Assembly (NCBI GenBank): GCA_049970495.1
Contig: JBMFMV010000061.1
Location: 1-11,424 of the forward strand
Length of the DNA stretch: 11,424 nt
Direction of reading: 5' to 3'
Source: a bacterium
GTDB lineage: Bacteria > DUMJ01
Shown here: positions 1 through 7,794 of the stretch, piece after piece
How positions within the stretch are numbered: the first letter of the stretch is position 1
How the letters are laid out: every line of letters begins with the position of its first letter
Translations under genes and position numbers: made by a program
The notes under the pieces: model-generated
Told to the model about the DNA's origin: nothing
Database searches by the model: none
The model's input: the letters and a program-made list of their open reading frames with translations, nothing else

Positions 1-2
1 AC

Positions 3-869
<867 letters not shown>

Positions 870-871
870 TT

Positions 872-1147
872 ATGCAAGATGGGCAATCTTTGTACTATCC
901 ACTGATATTCTGGGTCATATTTTTTGTAATATTTTATTTTATGCTTATAAGACCTCAGAGAGAAAGGGAGAAAAAGCACAGAGAATTTGTAAATAGTCTA
1001 AAAAAGGGTATGAAAATTATTACAGAAGGAGGATTTCTAGGAACTATAGTTGAGGTCAAAGAGAAAACTGTTACAGTAAAACTTGCCGAAAATGTAACAG
1101 TAGAGGTATTAAGGGACTCGATAGTTGGAAAACAGCCTAAATCATAG
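872..1147 (+). CDS. yajC: Preprotein translocase subunit YajC
   Basis: 91 aa, single N-terminal TM helix ending FYFMLIRPQ, then SLKKGMKIITEGGFLGTIVEV. Located 2 nt downstream of tgt. Confidence 0.96.
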   Translation: MQDGQSLYYPLIFWVIFFVIFYFMLIRPQREREKKHREFVNSLKKGMKIITEGGFLGTIVEVKEKTVTVKLAENVTVEVLRDSIVGKQPKS

Positions 1148-3340
1148 ATGGGATCGAGATTCTACAGTAGGATATCCTATACTGTAGTTTTCCTTCTCAT
1201 AGGTATCACTCCGGGGATATTTTTCCCCTGGACAATTGATCCATTTGAGCTTCCAAAGTTTCTCTTTATAAGATTAGTACTATGCGTCTCCTTAATCCCT
1301 CTTTTATTCCATATATGGGATTCCTGTATGAACTTTTCAAAGCTATTCAAATATATATGGCTCTTTGGAATATTTATAGTAGTTTCTACTGTATTCTCAG
1401 AATACAAAGACATAAGTTACTACGGGGAATGGGAAAGATACTTAGGATTATCATCTATGCTACCTATTGTTCTTTCTACTACAACACTACTATTTATAGA
1501 TAGGAAAAAGCTACCAGTTATTAAATACGCGTTTGTACTGGGCTTAGTATTAGTAACTGTTAGAGGCTTTAGGCAGATTTTAGGGTTCGATATGTTCTCC
1601 CTGGAAAATCTAGGAGGTAGAATTATTTCTTCCTTAGGAAACGCAGACTTTTTAGGAGAATATATAGTTATGGTTATACCTCTTGTTATGCTAGAGGTAA
1701 TCTATAATAAAAATAGGATTGAAAGAATAGTATTCTCTACACTACTTAGCTTTACATTTTATATACTTCTTGCTTCAGGGACTAGGAGTTCTTGGCTTAC
1801 ATTCTTACTATTACTTGTCTTAATGCCAGTAGTATTTTTAAAACCCAAGTCGCCATACTTTATATATAAAAAGGTAATATTTTACCTTGTCTTTACAGGA
1901 GTCCTCATCTTGATGCTACTGTATCTCCCAGTCACTATTGTTATCAAACTAGTTATATCTACACTCCTTTTACTGTGGCTATATCTATATCTAAAGTATC
2001 TTTCTCCATACATAAAAGATAATGTAACTTCGTATAAGAAACGCATCATTACCTTAATTCTTATTATGATTGTAGTTTATGTAGCGTTTCCTTATACAGA
2101 GAAGCTCGCTTCTCATAAAGGTACTGGCCTAACTGACGCCTTCAAAGCAAGGCTAAGGGCTATGACAGAGCCAGAAATGGGAAGGCTATACATACTAAAG
2201 ACCTCTTTTAAGTTTTTAAAGAATGAGATGATAAAAGATCCTATAAGGCTTTTCTTCGGATGTGGACTTGATACAACTGGAAAGTATCTATCCCGGTATA
2301 AAGTTATAGAATCTGCCGCAAAGATAGACCCAATAGATAATGTTATTTATGCAGACCGTGCCCATAACGAATATGTAGATATATTTTTGCAGACAGGCTT
2401 GATCGGTTTTTTAGTATTTTTTGTGCTTCTATTCCATACAATAAAAACAGGAATAGATATTCATAGGAGTAAACACCCATTTAGGATATTTTCAACCGCA
2501 ATAACCTTAGGTATTATAGACTTTGCTATTAATGGCTTATTTATATTTGGTATAAGTGTCACTTATCTCTATCTCCTCCTAATGTGTGGAATGATAGGGG
2601 TAATAAATAGTAAGAAGATAAAAGTTTTAAAAGCAGGTAAAAAGAGGATTTATCACTTTCTAGTAGTACTAGCTTTTATCTTCTGTCTTTACTCCAGTTA
2701 TTCAGGGACAAAGCAGATAGTAGCACATAAGTTTCTTCTCGATGGAATAAATGCTATGAATAATAAGGATTTAGTAAATGCAGAGAGACTATTAGATGCC
2801 TCTATAAAGAGTTATCCAATTGGCTATGCCTTTCAGAAAAAACTAGAATTATACTCCATAAGATTAAGGACAGAAAAGAAGAAAGAGATTTTTGATGCTG
2901 GAAAGAGTCTGTTCCCTGTTATTCTAAAATATGTAAAATACCCTACTAGCGCATACTACTCTGTATCTAGGTTCTATATGGATAGGTATGAGTTAGAACC
3001 AGATAAATCAATACTAAATGAGGTTATAAATAACCTCAAGATATGCCTAGAATATGATAGATACTATAAGCCCTCACTAAGAGCATTGTCAAAGATATAC
3101 CTAGATTATCTAAAAAATCCAAACCTAGCCTATCTCTACGCCAAAAGATATATAGAAATAGAACAGAGAGATATAGAGATGTGGAAGATACTTATGAGGA
3201 CTGCTAAGACTGTAAAAGACTGGGATACAGTTTGGTTTTCTGCAAAGGCTATACATTTAGCTACAGAAGGAGAGGACAAAGAGGCAGAAAAATATCTAAA
3301 AGAGGCAGAAAAACATATCAATCCTTCCAAAAGCCCTTAG
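1148..3340 (+). CDS. O-antigen ligase (Wzy_C) family polytopic membrane protein with C-terminal TPR-like helical domain
   Basis: 730 aa with many hydrophobic segments up to about residue 520. Family-type motifs: DPFELPK, GEWERYLG, SSLGNADFLGEY, SGTRSSW, FFGCGLD, DRAHNEYVDIFLQTGLIG. Hydrophilic Ala/Tyr/Leu-patterned helical tail. ATG directly abuts the yajC TAG. Confidence 0.8.
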   Translation: MGSRFYSRISYTVVFLLIGITPGIFFPWTIDPFELPKFLFIRLVLCVSLIPLLFHIWDSCMNFSKLFKYIWLFGIFIVVSTVFSEYKDISYYGEWERYLGLSSMLPIVLSTTTLLFIDRKKLPVIKYAFVLGLVLVTVRGFRQILGFDMFSLENLGGRIISSLGNADFLGEYIVMVIPLVMLEVIYNKNRIERIVFSTLLSFTFYILLASGTRSSWLTFLLLLVLMPVVFLKPKSPYFIYKKVIFYLVFTGVLILMLLYLPVTIVIKLVISTLLLLWLYLYLKYLSPYIKDNVTSYKKRIITLILIMIVVYVAFPYTEKLASHKGTGLTDAFKARLRAMTEPEMGRLYILKTSFKFLKNEMIKDPIRLFFGCGLDTTGKYLSRYKVIESAAKIDPIDNVIYADRAHNEYVDIFLQTGLIGFLVFFVLLFHTIKTGIDIHRSKHPFRIFSTAITLGIIDFAINGLFIFGISVTYLYLLLMCGMIGVINSKKIKVLKAGKKRIYHFLVVLAFIFCLYSSYSGTKQIVAHKFLLDGINAMNNKDLVNAERLLDASIKSYPIGYAFQKKLELYSIRLRTEKKKEIFDAGKSLFPVILKYVKYPTSAYYSVSRFYMDRYELEPDKSILNEVINNLKICLEYDRYYKPSLRALSKIYLDYLKNPNLAYLYAKRYIEIEQRDIEMWKILMRTAKTVKDWDTVWFSAKAIHLATEGEDKEAEKYLKEAEKHINPSKSP
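3278..3313 (+). repeat. Two copies of the 15-bp direct repeat AAAGAGGCAGAAAAA with a 21-bp period (KEAEKYL/KEAEKHI)
   Basis: Identical 15-mers at 3278-3292 and 3299-3313, in frame within the last helix of the ligase-family CDS. Confidence 0.75.
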
Positions 3341-4685
3341 TTAATCCTAGAGATTCTAGCTTCCTCCTAAGGTCAAGCATAGCTGTATAGGTCGGTATTA
3401 CGTAGATTTTATCTTTGTCTGATTTTTCTATAGCCAAATTTAACGCTCTAAGAGAATCTTCTTCTACTAGAAGTCTATTGACATCAAAACCACCATACTT
3501 CAATCTAAGTGCCATGTCATAAGCCCTTCTTCCTGAGGTCACTATAAACTTGGACTTCTCCATTAACATCTCAAAATTCACATCCCAAAGCCAAGAGATA
3601 TCTGTTCCATCCTGGATATTATCGTTTATAATCAGTAAAGTTGTTATATCTTCTTTATTATAGAGTAACTGGATTATCTCATTAAAACTTGCCGGATTTT
3701 TAGCCAAAAGTATGTAAACAGTCTTTCCTTTAAAATTAAAACGCTCACCCCTACCAAATGCAGCTCTAACATCCTTTAAATTCTCTAGAGCATCCTCTAT
3801 AGAAATCCCTAAAGAGTAACAAGACAAAAGAGCGGAAAGTGTATTATAGACATTGTAGATGCCAGGTAATCTTACGGTTGTATAAAATTCTTTTCCATTA
3901 AAAGATATATTAAAAGAAGAATTCTCTAAGTCGGAGTTAATCCCATACGCAACTATATCAGGAGTTCTTCTTTTAAAACCACATTTCAAACATTCAAATA
4001 TCCCCTGATGCCCCATATATCTTTTAGAATAGACTAATGTTGCATCGCAGAATGGACAAGCTCTTATATCTGCAATACTCGAGTATATATATTCATTCTT
4101 ATAATCTATACCAAAGTATAATGCCTTAGTTGATAGATTATAAGTAACACTGGATACTAAAGGGTCATCCGCATTTACTATAAAAGTAGTATCAGGATTA
4201 GCCTCGGCGATACCTCTAAATACTTTTGCTAGCGTATCAACCTCACCATACCTATCCAACTGATCCCGAAATAGGTTTGTAATAACAATAATATCTGGTT
4301 TTATATCCTTCACCAAGAGTCTCAGATGCGCCTCATCTATCTCAAAGATTCCAACCATATCTAAAGAGTTAGATTTAAATGGATATCTTTCTATCAAACT
4401 GGTACAAATCCCTCTAGGAAGGTTTGCCCCTGCCCTGTTGTGTACATAATCTATCCCTAACCCTTCTAGTATAGAAGCTATAATTCTAGCAGTAGTAGTT
4501 TTGCCATTAGTCCCTGTAATAAAAATCTTATGCCTTAAATTTTCTCCCAATTCTTTTAGCATTGGAGGGTATATAGATAGAGCTAACTTACCTGGAAAAC
4601 TTGTACCCCCGAATCTAAAGAGACGGGATAAATGTATAGCTAATTTGCCAAGTAGGATACCTGTATAAAACCTAAGAGACTTCAT
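3318..4685 (-). CDS. murT: MurT-type Mur ligase (lipid II isoglutaminyl synthase subunit; DUF1727 C-terminus)
   Basis: GGTSFPGKLA N-terminus, P-loop ITGTNGKTTT, GANL, FEIDEA, TNLFRDQLDRYGE, zinc finger CPFC...CLKC, FGRGE, LAKNPAS, NDNIQDGTDISWLWDVNFE, SGRRAYDMALRLK, PTYTAML. Its ATG overlaps the KARI stop (ATGA). Confidence 0.92.
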   Translation of the reverse strand: MKSLRFYTGILLGKLAIHLSRLFRFGGTSFPGKLALSIYPPMLKELGENLRHKIFITGTNGKTTTARIIASILEGLGIDYVHNRAGANLPRGICTSLIERYPFKSNSLDMVGIFEIDEAHLRLLVKDIKPDIIVITNLFRDQLDRYGEVDTLAKVFRGIAEANPDTTFIVNADDPLVSSVTYNLSTKALYFGIDYKNEYIYSSIADIRACPFCDATLVYSKRYMGHQGIFECLKCGFKRRTPDIVAYGINSDLENSSFNISFNGKEFYTTVRLPGIYNVYNTLSALLSCYSLGISIEDALENLKDVRAAFGRGERFNFKGKTVYILLAKNPASFNEIIQLLYNKEDITTLLIINDNIQDGTDISWLWDVNFEMLMEKSKFIVTSGRRAYDMALRLKYGGFDVNRLLVEEDSLRALNLAIEKSDKDKIYVIPTYTAMLDLRRKLESLGLTKGFWKD

Positions 4686-5674
4686 CTCCTCCCTAGGATT
4701 TTATAAAGTTTATCTTCCTCCTCACATATAGGATGACTTAACCTCAGCTTCCATAGCCTATTAAATGAAGGAAGCCCCATAGCCTGTTCCAATCCCCACT
4801 CTCTAGCAAAACGTCCATCCTTGATCTCTTCGATAGCCTCCTTCATAATCCTTTTTGTCTCTTCAGTAATATACTTTTTACCCCGGGTCATATGCCCATA
4901 TTGGCTTGTGTGAGAATGCAAAACTAATTGTTTCCAAAGTCCAAATTGAGCTATTGCATTCCCTATCTCTCCTAACTCACCGGATGCGTAGAGCTCTAGT
5001 ATAGCTACCTCAGGACTAACCCCTTCCTCTATAAGAACTTCATAGCAAGTCTGTAATAGGTATAACATTGCTCCGGCCCAAGAATGTTCGCTGAAAAGGT
5101 CAACAAGTGTCTCTTCATAGAAGCTTGACTCTACAGCACATCCACCAGGTAAAAATGCACCTATACCCTTAGATATTGCTAAGGCATAATCCCAGGCTTT
5201 TCCAGAGGCATCCTGTTCTACCCCAACCAATACAGGAAAGCCTCTATTCTGTAAAAAGAGATCTCTAACCCCTTTCCCTATCATTCTAGGAGCTACTAAA
5301 ATCACATCTACATCTTTAGGCGGCTTTATGAAACCATAGGTAATATTATAGCCACTGGCAAAATCTAAAACCTTCCCTTTGGAAAGATAAGGTAGAATAT
5401 TACTCTCCGTCACCCTTGGAGCAACCTCATCTGGTATAAGAAGCAGAATAACATCTGATTCTTTTGCTGTCTCACTAATACTTTTTACAGTAAAACCATC
5501 AGATACTGCAAGATCCCAGGCACTATCTTTTATATTTCCTACAATGACACTTAGGCCACTATCTCTTAGATTTAACGCCTGAGACCTTCCTTGATTTCCA
5601 TAACCTATAACACCTATTACTTTGTCCTTTAACATATCCAAACTTGCATCTTTATCCATAAATACTTTTGCCAT
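4682..5674 (-). CDS. ilvC: Ketol-acid reductoisomerase family protein, divergent short-chain (IlvC2-like) type
   Basis: Rossmann motif IGYGNQGRSQALNLRDSG, LLIPDE, QDASGKA, EET.DLF.E, T.QYG, GRFAREW. Start moved from GTG 5683 to ATG 5674 (MAKVFMDKD) because AAGGGGTG lies 6 nt upstream. The family is secure; the physiological substrate is not. Confidence 0.85.
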   Translation of the reverse strand: MAKVFMDKDASLDMLKDKVIGVIGYGNQGRSQALNLRDSGLSVIVGNIKDSAWDLAVSDGFTVKSISETAKESDVILLLIPDEVAPRVTESNILPYLSKGKVLDFASGYNITYGFIKPPKDVDVILVAPRMIGKGVRDLFLQNRGFPVLVGVEQDASGKAWDYALAISKGIGAFLPGGCAVESSFYEETLVDLFSEHSWAGAMLYLLQTCYEVLIEEGVSPEVAILELYASGELGEIGNAIAQFGLWKQLVLHSHTSQYGHMTRGKKYITEETKRIMKEAIEEIKDGRFAREWGLEQAMGLPSFNRLWKLRLSHPICEEEDKLYKILGRR

Positions 5675-5679
5675 TAATA

Positions 5680-6969
5680 TCACCCCTTGACTAATTTATA
5701 TATTCGCTCTGCCAATCCTGATATCTTACTCCTCTCAAATCCTATTACAATACTCTCAACTGTATCATTTAAGGGCTCTATCCATTTACTAGGTAAGTTA
5801 TTACTTCCAAGTAACACACCCATTATAGAACCAGAGGTTGCACCATTACAATCAGTATCGAATCCACACATCACACTCGTTGTTATAGCCTTCTCAAAAT
5901 CTCCTTCTGACAGGATAAGTCCAAGGACAACAAAACAGGCATTATTTATCGTGTGAACAGGATGATAGCTTCCGTACTGATCCATAACCTTAGTCCAGAC
6001 ATTCTTCCAATCTTTGTCCTTTCTGCACCAGTCTATAACATTATTTATAGCCTCGTATAACCTAGAGGTCTTTGGTATCTCTGTAAGTCCTATCTCTATT
6101 GCAGATTCCACATCATCTACTACAAATGCAGATGCTATAGCAGCTGATATAAACATTTCCCCGTAGATACCATTCTTCACATGAGATAGACATGCGTCTC
6201 TATAGGCAAACTCTCCCGCCCTCTCAGGCCAACCAGGATTTACATACCCAAAGATATCAGCCCTTATCTGTGCACCTATCCATTCTCTGTAAGGATTTAT
6301 AAATGTAGCAGTCTTAGGAGGCTCTATGCCATTTACTAGATTTCTATAAGCAACTCTCTCTGCAGTATATACGAGTAGATAAGGAAGATGAGTAAGCCAT
6401 TCATTTGCTATATCTTTAGTAGTAAATGAGTCTCCATAGGTCTCTAAGATATGTAAACCAAGAATTGTATAATCTATGTCATCATCCCTAACCATCCTGT
6501 CTATATTACCAGCAGTCCAATTCTTTACCTGTTTTATCCTCTTGAAAGGTTCTTCCTCAGACTCTAGATATGGAAAATAGTAATTTAATTCTTCAGTATC
6601 AGCAAGACTTAAGTACTCTTCTATATCCTCTTTTCTCCAGCCCTCTACAGGTTTCCCAAGGAGACATCCTATACATCTACCAAGAATACCACCTAAAATT
6701 TTATCCCTTAATGTCTCTTCAGATAAAGAAATATCTAACTTTCTAGGGCCATCTGGTCTGTACTTCTTTATCTCCTCTAAAGAGGATGGCTCTATGTAGA
6801 GAAAATTCTCAGATGGTTTTAGACTTGAAAGCAAATTATAAAAATTCAGGAGAGAATCCTCGGTAAGAAGCTCTAAATCAAATTTCTTAAAAAAGGAGAC
6901 ATTGCAACCCTCCTCTTCCTTCTCTTTGATCTCATCTAAGAAAAATCTCTTTAATTCCCCTATATCCAT
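5680..6969 (-). CDS. ADP-ribosylglycohydrolase (ARH/DraG-fold) family protein
   Basis: GCLLGKPVEGW (GDALG equivalent), acidic metal site RDDDIDYT, YTAERVAYRNL, NPYREWIGAQIRAD, DACLSHVKNGIYGE, second metal site GFDTDCNGATSGS. RBS AGGTGA at 6977-6982. Confidence 0.9.
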   Translation of the reverse strand: MDIGELKRFFLDEIKEKEEEGCNVSFFKKFDLELLTEDSLLNFYNLLSSLKPSENFLYIEPSSLEEIKKYRPDGPRKLDISLSEETLRDKILGGILGRCIGCLLGKPVEGWRKEDIEEYLSLADTEELNYYFPYLESEEEPFKRIKQVKNWTAGNIDRMVRDDDIDYTILGLHILETYGDSFTTKDIANEWLTHLPYLLVYTAERVAYRNLVNGIEPPKTATFINPYREWIGAQIRADIFGYVNPGWPERAGEFAYRDACLSHVKNGIYGEMFISAAIASAFVVDDVESAIEIGLTEIPKTSRLYEAINNVIDWCRKDKDWKNVWTKVMDQYGSYHPVHTINNACFVVLGLILSEGDFEKAITTSVMCGFDTDCNGATSGSIMGVLLGSNNLPSKWIEPLNDTVESIVIGFERSKISGLAERIYKLVKG

Positions 6970-6986
6970 AATAAACTCACCTAAGC

Positions 6987-7772
6987 TTATATTAAAGACC
7001 TTAGATATTTAACCGTCTTAGGGAGTAATTCATCAGGATCTCCAGGGATTCCACATTCTAGCGTCATATAACCGGAGTAACCCTTCTCTTTTAAGACTTT
7101 AAAAGCAGTAGCAAAATCAGTATGCCCCATTCCAGGTAAAAGTCTATTGCTATCTGCTAGATGAATATGGGCAATTAGATCAAAGTTATCAGAAATAGCC
7201 TGTGAAATATTAGTCTCTTCTATATTCATATGGAAAAAGTCAGCCATCATCTTTAAACCCTTTCCATGTGTAGCAGTTAGTATCTCTCTAGCATCAATAA
7301 GAGTCTTTACAAGATGAGTCTCATATCTATTTAATGGTTCTAGTAATACATATGTCCCTTGAGAATAGGCATATTCTCCTAGTTCATTTAAAAGTTCAAC
7401 AAGTAACTTTTTCTCTAATTCTATTACCCCCATAATTGGAGTAAGATCAGGTAACCTAGGAGGACCAAATATCGGGACAACAACTAGACCTACCGCCTGT
7501 AATTCCGCAGATATGGAGAGTAACTCTTTTATGTCTCTAATAGCCCTGTCTCTCTCTTCTTTATCAGGGTCTAGCAAACATCCTCGGTAACCAGAACAGA
7601 TTGTGCTTACTTTTATACCTCTACCACTAAATGCCGCCTTTACCTCTTCTAGTCTCTCCTTTAGATCATTTCCCCAAAGTTCAACCCCATCGAAACCAAA
7701 AGATTCCAGTTTCTCTACTTTCTCTCTAAGACTATTTCCCTTAACTAAGTTTTCTTGGCAAGAGATCTTCAT
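6987..7772 (-). CDS. Sugar phosphate isomerase/epimerase (AP_endonuc_2 TIM barrel), YcjR/IolO/D-tagatose 3-epimerase-like, 261 aa
   Basis: GFDGVEL, metal/catalytic motifs EPLNRYE, ADFFHMNIEE, HIHLADSNRLLPGMGHTDF, GYSGYMTLE. Start reassigned from 7868 to ATG 7772 (MKISCQE) because of the strong RBS and removal of the overlap with the upstream gene. Confidence 0.92.
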   Translation of the reverse strand: MKISCQENLVKGNSLREKVEKLESFGFDGVELWGNDLKERLEEVKAAFSGRGIKVSTICSGYRGCLLDPDKEERDRAIRDIKELLSISAELQAVGLVVVPIFGPPRLPDLTPIMGVIELEKKLLVELLNELGEYAYSQGTYVLLEPLNRYETHLVKTLIDAREILTATHGKGLKMMADFFHMNIEETNISQAISDNFDLIAHIHLADSNRLLPGMGHTDFATAFKVLKEKGYSGYMTLECGIPGDPDELLPKTVKYLRSLI

Positions 7773-7776
7773 TATA

Positions 7777-7785
7777 CACCTCCCC
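7777..7785 (-). promoter_or_regulatory. Shine-Dalgarno sequence GGGGAGGTG for the epimerase gene
   Basis: Minus strand reads GGGGAGGTG-TATA-ATG(7772). Confidence 0.85.
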
Positions 7786-7794
7786 AATGAAATT

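Noticed and set aside
1177..1503. Short ORFs 1177-1413 (-) and 1282-1503 (+)
   Set aside because: Nested in the ligase-family CDS, with no motifs or convincing RBS.
3278..3313. 15-bp direct repeat as an insertion scar or CRISPR-like element
   Set aside because: Only two in-frame copies with a one-heptad period; best explained as a small coding duplication.
3136..3330. 64-aa minus-strand ORF just after murT, considered as a gatD remnant
   Set aside because: Antisense to the ligase C-terminus, with no glutamine amidotransferase motifs.
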